Source of the DNA: Trichinella spiralis
Taxonomy: Eukaryota
Assembly (NCBI RefSeq): GCF_000181795.1
Contig: NW_003526947.1
Location: 72,622 to 116,157, forward strand
DNA: 43,536 bases
Direction: 5' to 3'
Shown: piece after piece, positions 23,113-36,019 of the stretch
Position numbering within the stretch: the stretch's first letter is position 1
Layout of the letters: every line of letters begins with the position of its first letter
Notes under the pieces: generated by a model
Seen by the model: only the letters and a program-made list of their open reading frames with translations
Databases searched by the model: none
Told to the model about the DNA's origin: nothing
Translations under genes and position numbers: made by a program

Positions 23113-23485
23113 AAGCTCCTTCCTGAAAGGAAGTGCACGATGAATGCCCCGTAGGCATGCATTTTCCTGTTGGACAAGTAAACCGTCCTGTTGCTCAGAT
23201 ACTTTTTGTGATGTTATTACTTTCATACATGAAGTACATTTGCCGAACTATTCAACGAGTTAAGGTTTTGAATCACTTGTGCTTTTTCAACAAAGTGAAT
23301 GGACGGGCAACGGTATCTGGAATGTATCCCATATGCTCGGCCAATTCTGTAGTGGATTCGTGCGGAACTTTGGGGATGAATACGTTCAATCTATCCTCAT
23401 TGTATTGGACTGGTCGGCTAGAGCGCAAAGAGTGCGTGAAGTCCAATTCTCCCTGCTTCAGAAGTTGGGATATGTGCGGTGCCTA
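23113..23485 (-). pseudogene. Mariner transposase relic (N-terminal HTH region)
   Basis: Manual translation LKQGELDFTHSLRSSRPVQYNEDRLNVFIPKVPHESTTELAEHMGYIPDTVAR resembles the mariner RSGRP...TTRELAE...STVAR pattern. 23113-23320 is a diverged copy of 18022-18240. Confidence 0.75.
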
Positions 23486-24227
23486 GTTGGAAAGTGGGTG
23501 TTATTGTGCGTGGTGACCAGAAGGATCTCCTTCTGACCTAGGCGCTCACAATACTGAGAGTCACAAAATTGTTCCACAAATCCTGTTATCAATTCTTGCT
23601 TATCTGCTTGTATTCTCACTTATGCATGAAATTTTGTCACATTTGCATCAGAAGGATATCCTTCTGATCTAGTCGCTCTTCTCATAGCCGGCACGTTATC
23701 TTTCGTATCAGAAATCTTCAGAGCCACACTCCTTCTTCTTGTCGTCAAGTCGGAGAGTTGAATGCTCGTCGAGGGTCTGCTTTCAGCATAACTATCCTCT
23801 TCGAATGGCACATCCTTTGACTTTTTTACCCGCACTGCAGGACACTGTTTTCTGTAGATTCGCTAGGAATGTTCTAATATCTCATACACCAACAGAAGCT
23901 TCATGATCTGCGGGTATCTTCTCAGTTGCATTATCGCCGGTTTGGAGATCAGAGGGGTGATATGGATATTTTGTAAGGGTTTTATGGCCGGAGTTTGTTT
24001 ACGTAGTGACAGGTTCTTCTTCTGTTCATGGGACATGCGGTCACTACGTGGCGCTCTTCCTACCGTTTCTACTTAGCTTCCTATCTTATTTTTCGTTGGT
24101 ATTCTGCAAAGCCACCGTTTCAAATTGTATTTCCATATCAAGAAAATCTTCAATAGTTCACGTTCTGGAATGCTCATGGCGATCTCGAAATAATTTTCCA
24201 ACCACGCGTCTGCAGATGGGTTGTGTA

Positions 24228-25533
24228 TGTACTTGTGTGCCACAAACCATGCCACCTCTTTCATGAAATGACAAACTACAGTATAGTATCACTGAAGCAG
24301 CCAGAATGATTTCCTCCGCCAGACAGCGATGCTGCTTCAACGATGGCGTACCTAGTTGTCGTACATGGCCGGCTTCAACCATTGTACTACTTCAGCCGCT
24401 CAACTGTGCCCCTTCTTCATCTTTTTAACAGCTCATCCGTCGTGAACAACTTCGATGCAAAGTTTCCATTATCATTTCAGATTTCGTGAAATTTCATTAA
24501 ACGAACAGAAAATAGTTCTATAAATCCTGTAATCAGTTCTATCTTAGCTGATTGTATTCTCACTGAAGCGTGGAATTTCGTCATGTAATGTGGATGACTA
24601 AGTTTACTGTAGACTATAGCAAGCAGAACAACCGAGAGAATGATTATTTAGTCGGGAGGAGACAGCCAGCCACCGTAAGATGATCACTGGAGGATCATTA
24701 AATACAGTATTTCAATCACTCAATACAGTTACATTTACATCCACGTTTCCAACAACCCTGAAATCAAAAATATTCCTTTAATAATTTGAAAGTACAATAA
24801 ATAAAATGAACAATACCCATTGGAGAGGAATGAGAAGCTCGCTAGCATTCGTGAAAGTGACGAGAAAACAAGCGCAACATGCGTCACAACAATCGGAAAA
24901 CATTCGTTACTATACAACCATTTTCTATTTCCTCACGGCATAAACCCGTTATTGCTTTACCGGCAATCAATGACGTCATCTCTCGTTCATTTGAAACTAA
25001 TACGTTGTCGATTGAATGTTTTTTCATTTTTGTTAGGAAAAGCATTCTCCTGACCTTTAGTCTTCGTCAAGTTAGTCAGAAGCTTTAGCCCACGATAGAG
25101 CTGAGCGACAGAACGTGACGCTGTTTATCAATTTCATCAATTCATCAATTCAAAATTCATCAATTTTTACAGCGGTTGATCTTTGTTGGACTGACAAAAG
25201 CGGTTACTGGGCTTCTCTACCAATCGAAGACACGAATGGATTAACCTGCAACATATCTTCACTTGCTGTTTTTGCCGGAACTCATCCACTTGTGCATACA
25301 GTTTGTGTAATTCACGGGATGAAAATGATCAGTAGTCGACAAAAATTAAAATGCTCTCACAAACACACCCGGAAGCACACACACAATAACGGCGCAACAC
25401 AACTACTGCACTGAACACAACGTCAAACGAGAACTGCGCTCGCTGATCTGCCACGGCTACTTTTATACTAGCGTGGGGATTGTGTTGCTCCGCTTTTCGT
25501 CGAAAATTCTCCCGCGTAGTCTCTTTTCGCTCA
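24228..25533 (-). repeat. Right arm of ~1.2-kb inverted duplication, with a 132-bp insertion
   Basis: Reverse complement of 14945-16117 apart from the insertion at 25031-25162 and smaller indels. Confidence 0.95.
25031..25162. mobile_element. 132-bp insertion with TG...CA ends and a 5-bp TSD (short solo LTR, or truncated retroposon)
   Basis: Absent from the left arm (empty site ~15308-15316). Flanked by ATTTT (25026-25030) and ATTTT (25163-25167). Starts TGTTAGG, ends CATCA. Confidence 0.7.
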
Positions 25534-27248
25534 TACAATCCTGGCATATCAAAACTTCGATGGAGTTTCCATCATTGATGTCGACGCCAGCAACGATGGT
25601 CCATGGGTACAGGTGATAATGTCTGTCTTTTTTTATATTTATAAAATGGAAATTGAATTCAGAAGTATATTTCTTAAAAATAATTATTCAGTGACTTCCT
25701 ATTCTGGAGATGAATGCATCGAGTTTAAGAAAAGTAAATAAAGGATTTAATTTTAAGCAGACCATGACAGGACAATTGACATATTATATTATCTGGCGGA
25801 GTCTCGTTACGTGGTAAAGCCACAGCAACATGATAACTGGCACACATGATAACCACAGTAAGATGATAACATGATGATAATGAAGACCCCTGTTTCTGAC
25901 AATCACAGTTGTGGCGAACCAGCGCCCATTAGCCAAGGAATTTTGGTGGTGATGTAGAAACAGCCGCATGTCATAAAGTTGTCCTATTGACAATAGTATC
26001 CTAATTTATGGCGAAATAGACCACGTGACGGCTTTCACAAGTCTTTGCATAATTCACCTGAAAAAAGAAGCAAGACCAGGATTCATGAAGCCAGTGAACC
26101 GCTGTCAGACAGAGACTAAAAGACGATGCTGAAATATTCCTGTAGTGAAGAAACCTACTCTTTTATTTGATTTCCATCAGCAATAAACGTGATTATACAA
26201 TTTACAGCATCTTTCAATACTAATAGGATTTTAATTTTTTATTAACAAACATAAAAAAAGCAATGCACTTGATTTAACTTCAGATATTTCAGCGAATGTA
26301 GAAATATTTGAAAATCATTTCATGGAAAGCAACATAAATACTGTTTAAATTATAAGATCGCGATACCAATGAATCTTTATCGATTAAACATGCTTCTAAC
26401 AAATATAATTGAGCTTGATTTTCTTTAAATAATATAGAGTAAAAATACCAACTGGAAAAAATTTCAAATTTCAATTAAATGAATAGCATTGTTGCTTTAT
26501 ATTTTTTGAAACAGATAATTTTCAATTGATAATTTTTTCATTAACTTTTGTAAAATTTATTCAGGTTCAGTTCAAGGTTACTGTACTATTGCATTAATAA
26601 ATTTTAGTTTGTTTAAAAATTGCGCTTTATATTTTAAACATCTTTTAAAGCTAAACGTAGCATAAGAATATAGCATCATTGTGTTCGTGTCAAGCCGTAT
26701 TAAGCACTGGTTTTCTTCGAAAATTGTTTTTCAACCTTGTCTGTAAGTAGTTTATTAAGTTGTTTGAATATTACAGTGGAAATTTCATTAGTCAGTTCGT
26801 TTTGCATTTATGATGTAATAATCATGGCTCATTAATTTAGTTATAGATAAAAAGGAATTAATGATTTTATTACTAAATTATACATATTTATTTGATTTGA
26901 ATTGTTTTTTCAACTTTTGATTAAACAGACCTTGTTGGTCAAAGAGGATTATGTTATTAATATACTTAAAAAATCCAGACAGCTTTTAAAATGATAGGCA
27001 CCGCTTATGTGCTTACTATCTAAACTTGATTTTGCATTTAAATGAAATTATAAGTATGATCATTTAAATACACATGGTTCAATTTTTCAATTTCTCTTTG
27101 AATTAAATTGAATTCATAACAATGGTGTATTATTTTATTTCCAGTAAAATATCTTTCATTACAATATTATTAAAAATTAAGAATTTGCTCTTTTGTAATG
27201 TTAATTTCTTTTTATTTTTAACACAGAATAATTGTTTCAGAAACGTTT

Positions 27249-29723
27249 ATGATCATGAGTATGAATGAACTTTTATTGTTGATTATATGGCTCCTTATAA
27301 ATGGTGGCAGTTGTGGTAAATGTCCTGTTTATAGTAAAAAGCACAATTTTGGTGGAAAACCCCTCGAAGAGGGGTTGTGTCTGACATTCGTTGAAATATC
27401 GGAAGTTCAACGAACACTTTTAAACACTGATATAAATCATTTGCACAAATTTTGTCAAACATCTTTTATAAATGGAAGGCTTTTGTCTTTTACTGAGCCT
27501 AAAACCTTACGTTTACTACATAATGCAAACTTCAAAAAAGATCTGACTTCTAGAATTGTGCTTCATCCTGGGGTCTATATATCGAATTCAAATACTGTGG
27601 TATCATCGAAAAGCGTTTTTATCGAAAAGTGTGGGCGTGAAGAAAACATGAATTGTAGTGTTATTCCGTACAAATACATATCTTCTGATAGTAAGATAGA
27701 AAGTGGATTATTGTTAAAATGCAAGGAAGAAAGATGTTGTACTGGTATTCCCTGTGACGCAGAAGATGAGTCTCTTTTATACCAGAGTCCCCTATTGGTT
27801 AATTTTTCTAATTTAGCTACAGAGTCACATTGTAGATGTCTCTCATTAGACCAAAAGCTACTGGAATGGAATTTGCCTAATGAACTTATATATCCCTGTA
27901 ACAACATGCAATGTGATGTCTTCGCTTGTGTTCACGAAGAACATTTGGATTGTGTGGATGTCAGGGTGCAAACTTGTACAGATTTACAAAGACTGGTCCA
28001 TTGTACAGAGCACTGCAATAAGTTGTTTCCGAAAATATCATATAAAGAATTTGAAGCTGAATGTAAAAAAAATGGCGGATTTGCTAATATGTCAGAAGCA
28101 GATAAATCCTGCGTTTGTTACAATGCACAACTGTATGGTAATCTTTGTAAAACAGGTAACTTCTTTTGAAATAAATTGTATTCAGCAACAGTTTTAACGG
28201 ATAGATGTTACAGAAAAATTTTAAAATATTTAATTCAAATTTATGTTTGTTTTAACTGAAACAGGTGCTTCAAATTTTAATTTTCTATTGTTTCAGTTCA
28301 TGATCCGTGTTCTGACGAGGAAGTATGTAAAAATAATGGGATATGTGAAAGCAATGGAACTCATCACACATGTGATTGCCTAGAAAATTTTTCTGGGAAA
28401 GATTGTACTGAAAGTAACTATATCATTTGTTTATATTACAGTTTATTATAGATGTCAAGTATATTTAAATGAATATATGTTATTATTTTCTTTGTACATT
28501 GCACAACTGTCTGAATAACTTTTAAGTGTACACTAAATTCAAAACCATATTTTAGTCATAAGTCAATGTTCATCGAACAATGACTGTAAAAATTTTGGAA
28601 CTTGTGTCTCTCATGAGACCGGAAGATCCTGTAATTGTTTATCTGGCTTTGTTGGAGCCTTTTGTGAATTCAGTAAGTTGCTTGATTAACAGGAATTATG
28701 AACAGCTATGGTTCTTTTCTTGTATATGTTGTTTTCAGGTCAATATTATTGAAAAGTTTGTACTTATAATTTATACACATTTTCAAATAATTATAGAAGA
28801 GGGGTATTGCAAGCCAGCGACTTGCCAAAATGCCGGAGCATGCATACAAGTTACAAACGTTTTATTGAAATGTGTTTGTCCGGAAGGATATGACGGCACG
28901 TTCTGTGAACTGCGTAAATTTAATTAATTCAAAGCAAACATGAGTCACAGGTGTCATTTAAATTTTAGGGTTATCCATTATCGACATTTTTCTTCAAAAA
29001 ATGAAGAATAATAAAGTTTTTTGTATAACAGTATTCACAATCTTGTTCATGATAATTGTGCCAAGCTGTGTCCTCTTATTTAAGGTAATATTTCTGTTTT
29101 ATTCATCGTAATCACAAAACGTTGATTGCAAACTTCCATATTCAACTAATTCATTCTTATACATAATTCAGTTGAATCATTATAAATTAAAGGCGTATTT
29201 TGTTTGATTCACTTTATTTATAATTAGTGATATTTTTATTTTTCTTAAAACGTTACATTTTCTATTGTTTAACAGATTTTCAATGCGTTTTAGTTTTATA
29301 GACTGAACATATAAAGGTGTAAAAGCTTTATTTTCACTTATCTTATGTTTTACAATCCCATTTAAATTGTAAGTATTTTAAATTAATAAAGTTATATTTT
29401 AGTACATTTTGCGGAAATTTCGAGTGTTTCGTTACAAAAGAGAAATGAAGAAAGAATTCAAAAAAGAATGCGAACTTGCGTTAATGTACGAAGTTGCAGT
29501 TCATTAGAATAATGAATATAAACCGTATTTCACATTTATTTACTTTAGACTCAGAAAGAAGGCGATTGCAAATGATTCAGGTAAAACAACACCAAAAGTG
29601 CTGGATGGACATGAAACAAATGAAAAAAATACTCACCGTGATAAACTGCACAAGACCGCCCAGAGTCGAAAACATCATCGTACAAAGGGGCGAAGGAAAC
29701 AGACAAAAAAGAACAGAAGATAG
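27249..29723 (+). CDS. EGF-repeat type I transmembrane protein, 7 exons (27249-28155, 28297-28413, 28556-28672, 28797-28913, 28969-29084, 29403-29485, 29549-29723), 543 aa
   Basis: Signal peptide MNELLLLIIWLLINGGSCG and a Cys-rich N-domain. An EGF-like motif at the end of exon 1, plus three 6-Cys EGFs (CSDEEVCKNNGIC..., CSSNNDCKNFGTC..., CKPATCQNAGAC...). TM segment VFCITVFTILFMIIVPSCVLLF. All introns are GT-AG and phase-compatible; total 1632 nt. Exons 6-7 are less certain. Confidence 0.85.
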
Positions 29724-30429
29724 GACATTTCTCAGTGGCATTTGTTTCATTTTACATAATCATTATCTTTAGATTATTTTTGAATGAATTTAGAAGAACA
29801 ACTATACAATGATTAATGGCATAAAAACAATTATGTTAGCACTATAATTATTTGATAAAGTATTAAATTCTTTCATAACATGTTATTCTTCTGGAGAAAA
29901 CTGAATAATTTAAACCCCAATAACAATCTTTAAAAATGAAATTTTTGCAATTGAACTAAAATTTTCAAATTATCACGTATTTTTGTACTTTATTATTTAT
30001 TATTGACTGTATTTTTGTGCCCCATTAATTTTTACGTTGTTTTATTTGTCTCATATTCTGTTAGTTTAATGGTGCGACTGATGAGAATTGTCCTTGTGAT
30101 TATTCACATATATCAAACTTGTTGTAATCCACAAAGATATTAAGCACTCATAATTTCCAAAACTTACACAGCAAAAACATGTGACCAACGGAGAGGAATT
30201 CAAATTCAAAATTAACGCAGACAAAATGAGCATTGTGAAAGCTGAACTGAACGTGAAAACAGGGACACTTAATTTTGAAGCACGTACAAAAAATTACACA
30301 ATCAGAAAATTGAGCAAACTTAGTCAGATAGAAGAGGAAAAATAATAATAAAGCAAATGAATTTAAATCAACTTGTGGTTGTTACAGAGCAGAAGTTGAC
30401 TACCATGACACAACCACAAAACTTTTGAT

Positions 30430-31020
30430 GTTGGAAAAATACCATCGCAGTGAGGTGCTTCTTATGAAAAGTAGATTTTATCAGTCTGTCGATCAATGCC
30501 TTCAATTTTGCTTTATTTGCCAAAAGCAAGTAGGTTGAGCCTTCTTTCTGATCAGGAATTTCTGGATCCTGATGATGTTCAGGAAGTCAGAAAATATTTC
30601 TCTTGGCTCTTGCACATTGTGCCTCATATCCATTTATAAAGTTAGAACTGGCCTAATGTTGCTTGCTCATCGGAAGCTGCGTACCTTTCTTCGACACAGA
30701 TGGCTGGGATAGATTTAGTTTCTTCGGAACTTTTATTTTTATAACCACTTTTTTTCAGTTTGTATGCTAACTGCTCGTCCACCGGACAAGTTTCTGTGCT
30801 ATCTTTTAGATCGATCACTGTTGTCACATCCAAATTCGTTCAAGCAACACCATTACAGCCTTATTTATTCTATACCAAAATAAGTTAATGGTTAATAACA
30901 AAGAATACACGTTGTACATCTAGCACATACCTTGGAACACAATCAATATTTCTTTTTAGACGTATATTTTAGTCTGTATGCACTGCCTTCATACGCAATG
31001 GACATACTGCTGCAATTATT
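30430..31020 (-). pseudogene. Decayed FLYWCH-MULE transposase fragment
   Basis: SIAYEGSAYRLKYT...GCNGVA*TNLDVTTVI...TCPVDEQLAYKLKK...EETKSIPAI, paralogous to 8822-9625, with the same 61-bp intron (30870-30930). Confidence 0.8.
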
Positions 31021-31949
31021 ATTAATAAGACAGCGCTGAGGCGTTAAGGGTTTTGGACGTTTTTCTCTTCTGGGACTACTCTCAGCTCATCTGAGACTCA
31101 TATTCCATAACCTCCGCCCCCTATTTGTGGTTTGCTGCTTGCTAATGGGTTTCATGCGATGAATCAGTAATTTGCTAATGACTTCTGTTACTTTATTAGC
31201 TAATCTTTATGATAAGTGATTCAGAAAATAACTTGTGCCACTTTATTTGTTGCGTTGTTTTAAATATTGATTAGATGATTGTTGTTTATCAACGATTTTC
31301 CATTGCCTTACATTGTTAATTATTTCGCTAAATACATATCTTTCCTTAAAGCAATCAATTGGCTGCTGAGTTGCATTTTTGTTATTTGGCTTTTGACGCC
31401 AAGCGACTGTTAAGCTGGAACATTGTATGAAAAGTTTTTCTAACTTTGTTATCTAGCAGTACTGCTGCAGTCGAAATGATTACTGAATAACTGTTGAAAT
31501 AGAGCCAACGGATTTACAACGAAACTATTACTACTGAATGTTAAAACCTGTATTCGATATACGGCAATTATCCGTGGATATATATAAATACATGTGTGCG
31601 TTGGTGATATATATACGTGTTCCTTGTCTGTTAATAAACTCAGTCCTCTCAATCGTTTCTTTCTGTGTTTCTTTAAATACTCTCTGTAGCTCCTGTGTTT
31701 GTATTTGCAAGTGTTACGGCTGCTATCTGGATTTACGTAATAACACGAATCTTTAACAATAACTATCACCTTCATTATTTGCGACTACTCATTAGTTTAT
31801 TCATTCACAATTAACATCATTATATTGTGATTATTTCAATTTAACCATTAACCTAATTATTTGAAAGTTTTCAAGTGCTTATCATTGTTAAATGTTGTAT
31901 AAAATATGAAATAATTATCTGAATGAAGAACTGATACTGTTTAAGTATG

Positions 31950-32635
31950 GGATGGTCCCACTTGGGCTCAATTTTGTTCCCATTCGGTCCCACTGTTCAT
32001 TTATTGGTCGTTGTCCTCGCTATTTTATTAGTCCCTAATCTCGCTATTTTATTAGACCGTAAAGTCTTTTTCGTATTGGTTTTCCTTGTCTAATTGCTCA
32101 TTGATTCAAATCTTTCCCTTGTGATTAGCTGTAATATTTTTTAATTTCATTGGTTCAAATATTCCATTAAGGATTACGTAACTTTAATAATAGTGACGTA
32201 ACATAAAAAATGAAAATATTTATTATTCAAAAATTTTATTGTCTTTTTGAAGTTTCGTCATTCATTGAAATTTTGTTTATTTAAATATATTATTTGTGGT
32301 GTAGTCTATACTTTTTCATTATCAGTATTTTTGAAAATAATTTTTATCATTATTCTATGTTTTATTGTATCAAAGTGACGTTATATCAAATGCGATAGTA
32401 ATAATTTAAAATAAACAAAGCCATGCAAAAAAATAAAGTTAAATAGTGGATTTTTATTTTTCCCTAGCCCCACGTACTAACAACAATAGTAATAAACCAT
32501 ATCTTTGAGCGACATTAAAAAAGGGGTATCCGGGCGATTTCCAAATTACAAATTATTGTTGTGGATAAGATTGACGCTAATGACAGCCGCTTTGTTTATT
32601 GAAGCTTGAAAATAAACTCTTATTTGTCAATATCT
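31950..32635 (-). mobile_element. MULE family 3' end plus a short transposase remnant
   Basis: Homologous to 8280-8875, including GGTATC...GATTTC.AAAT.ACAAATTATTGTT at 32525-32575. Confidence 0.75.
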
Positions 32636-32645
32636 NNNNNNNNNN

Positions 32646-33323
32646 GAATTCCCATTTCTCTGGAACTGCACCTACTCCAATACGGTCTTTCTTTAACACT
32701 CTGATGGAGTATCTTTATCATCGAGATGTACTCGCTCCGCCAGTGTTTTCAAATAATGACGACAGCGTTCCTCTGGTGATTCCACCGACGCTTAATTCGT
32801 TTCATGCCGGTGCTTCTCTCTCTGCCACTTCGTCCATAATTGACGACAAGCTCCGCCGAAGAAAGAAATGGACCGGAGATTGCGCGAGGTTGTCATGAGT
32901 GCCACGGGAGATAAGCGTATGCGGACAGTCGTTGATTCGGGCATCCACTTCACACACTACCGTTTAAAGCTCATCAGCGATATAATAATTCAACAATTCC
33001 ATTAAATCTACGGCGCAGGTGCTGCCATCCAGTTTCTGAAGGAATTCCATTTCTCTGGAACTGCACCTACTCCAATACGGTCTTTCTTTAACACTCTGAT
33101 GGAGTATCTTTATCATCGAGATGTACTCGCTCCGCCAGTGTTTTCAAATAATGACGACAGCGTTCCTCGGGTTATCCCACCGACGTTTAATTCGTTTCAT
33201 GCCGGTGGTTCTCACTCTGCCACTTCGTCCATAATTGACGACAAGCTCCGCCGACGAAGGATATGGACCGGAGATTGCGCTAGGTTGTCATGAGTGCCAC
33301 GGGAGATAAGCGTAAGCGGACAG
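32646..33323. repeat. 395-bp satellite, ~1.7 copies
   Basis: GAATTCCATTTCTCTGGAACTGCACC recurs at ~32646 and 33042. The array ends at CGGACAG (33323). Confidence 0.93.
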
Positions 33324-33946
33324 CAATGATTTCATAACTGAATATATGAACTGTTCATTGAAAGCGAGGCGTCTACATCAGGATGACATGAGCTGTGAGC
33401 ATGTCAGAATTGTTTTCACGTACTCATTTCTTGTGAACAACTGTCTCGCTTCCCTCTTCGTCGGCTTACGTTCACCGCTATGCGCTGTCCATAAGATGTT
33501 GTTACTCTGAGTAGACGTAGCGCATTTATTGTGGGGAAGCCTCTGACACTCCAACGCTTCAACGAGGAGAAGCGGTGATTGCTTACTGCCAGCAATCTTG
33601 ACTTAAATTTAGCGTATTAATTAGTATTTATGAGGAATGTAACTTGATGAATTATGCTGCTAAATGCTTCACTTGGCGTGGTTGCCTTTCACAGGAAATT
33701 TTGAAGTCAATGGACTGCGCTGGCGAGTGAACAACTCTGACCAAGTAGTCAAGTGTTTTGGGCCCATATTTTCTTGGTTTTTATGCCGCACCATATGACC
33801 ATGAAATGCCTACTGTCAGAGTCTTTGAATTTGATGCTGGATTGTAGCAGAAAGAGTCAGTTTACATTTGTTTCAAAATATTTACCGGATAGGATACATG
33901 GTTCGTAACCGACCGGCAGACCAGCATATTCATTCANNNNNNNNNN

Positions 33947-34525
33947 GTTTTCAAATAATGGCGAAAACGTTCCTCTGGTGTTTCCACCGACGCTTAATTC
34001 GTTTCATGCCGGTGTTTCTCTCTCTGCCACTTCGTCCATAATTGACGACAAGCTCCGCCGAATAAAGAAATGGACCGGAGATTGCGCGAGGTTGTCATGA
34101 GTCCCACAGGAGATAACCGTAAGCGGACAGTCGTTGATTCGGGCATCCACTTCACACAGTACCGTTTAAAGCTCATCAGCGATATAATAATTCAACAATT
34201 CCACTAAATATACGGTGCAGATGCTGCCATCCAGTTCCTGAAGGAATTCCATTTCTCTGGAACTGCACCTACTCCAATACGGTCTTTCTTTAACAGTCTG
34301 ATAGAGTATCTTTATCATCGAGATGTACTCGCTCCGCCAGTGTTTTCAAATAATGACGACAGCGTTCCTCTGGTGATTCCACCGACGCTTAATTCGTTTC
34401 ATGCCGGTGCTTCTCTCTCTGCCACTTCGTCCATAATTGACGACAAGCTCCGCCGAAGACAGGAATGGATCGGAGATTGCGCGAGGATGTCATGAGTCCC
34501 ACAGGAGATAACCGTAAGCGGACAG
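33947..34525. repeat. 395-bp satellite, ~1.5 copies, gap-flanked
   Basis: Same unit. Confidence 0.93.
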
Positions 34526-34535
34526 NNNNNNNNNN

Positions 34536-35558
34536 GCTGACATTTATTTCGCAACTGTACTATATCCACTCGGCATGAAAAAAAGTAAAGTACGTTAATG
34601 ATGCTAACAGATAGTTAGCTGTAACTGGTACCGACCTAGAATAGTTGTTCTTTTCATAAGTATGCATATTTATCAACTTATATGTATCGCACCATTTAAT
34701 GTTGCGCTGCATCTATATGAACAGCACTTCACTTTTTTATATCAATCAAATTATTCAGTTTTTTCTATAAAAATTAAATATACGATATCATAAAGTTAAG
34801 AAAAATTATCAGCCATACTACCATGAATACAAAAAGTAAAAACAGCGAAACATTGAATTAGAAAACTTACCATTGATAGAAATTGAAAATTTTACAAATG
34901 GAATTTCTAAGAACAACAACCATTCATTTAAATGTGAAAAAGCAGGTAAAATTCTCTTTGGCAAATCAGTTCTACTCATTATTAAATAATAATAAAAATA
35001 TTCAATACAATACAAACTTAAAGCATACAAATTCCGGAAGATAAAGATTAATACGACCGAGCAAGTGGTTGGTTGGAATACATTTGTACTGCATTGCATT
35101 GTAACTGTACTGTATTGCATTATATTGTATTGTGTAGATTTTTTATTTTCTCATCGTAATTTCATTCTCTAACTTTTCTCAATTTGAGAACAACAGAATT
35201 ATTATAATACAGTCAGAAGGCTAGAAATAAAATTTGACAAATAGAATGAAATAAAATTTGACAAATAAAATGCAAAACATAGACAACAAATAAAATTTAG
35301 AGACAGGCGTCAAAGCAGCAACCAAAAAAATTTCAGTGAGAAAAAATAGGCGGAGACAAAAAGGAAATAAATCGGTTCTACTACATTTGAACCAATGAAA
35401 AGAAAAAACATGAAAGATTTGAATCAATGACAATTAGACAAGCAAAATCAATAAGACAACGAATTGACGGCCCAATAAAATAGCGAAGTCAACGAACAAT
35501 AAGTAAATAGTGCGACGGATCTGGACCCTCCATGGGCCAGAGTTAGTCCGACCTTGTC
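34536..35558. repeat. ~1-kb AT-rich block ending in a MULE-family terminal sequence; repeated at ~38627-39669 and 40853-41868
   Basis: Near-identical ORF translations at 34818/38929/41155 and 35221/39290/41554. The last ~150 bp match 12138-12230 (TTTGAATCAATGA.CAATTAGA...AATAGCGA..TCAACGA). Confidence 0.9.
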
Positions 35559-35997
35559 CTGAGTTTCACAGGAGATAAGCGTAAGCGGACAGTCGTTGAT
35601 TCGGGCATCCACTTCACACACTACCGTTTAAAGCTCATCAGCGATATAATAATTCAATAATTCCACTAAATGTACGGCGCGGATGCTGCCATCCAGTTCC
35701 TGAAGGAATTCCATTTCTCTGGAACTGCAACTACTCCAATACGGTCCTTCTTCAACAGTCTGATGGAGTATCTTTATCATTGAGATGTACTCGCTCCGCC
35801 AGTGTTTTCAAATAATGGCGACAACGTTCCTCTGATGATCCCACCGACGCATAATTCGTTTCATGCCGGTGCTTCTCACTCTGGCACTTCGTCCATAATT
35901 GACAAGCTCCGCGGAAGAAAGAAATGGATCGGAGATTGCGCGAGGATGTCATGAGTCCACAGGAGATAAGCGTAAGCGGAACTGTCGTTGAATCCGG
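35559..35997. repeat. 395-bp satellite, ~1.1 copies
   Basis: Same unit, starting TGAGTTTCACAGGAG directly after the MULE end. Confidence 0.92.
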
Positions 35998-36019
35998 NNN
36001 NNNNNNNAGGAATTTTTGG

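Noticed and set aside
28580..28927. 115-aa ORF (and the 29494-29772 ORF) as separate genes
   Set aside because: They are read-throughs of intron and exon sequence of the EGF gene, partly in the wrong frame.
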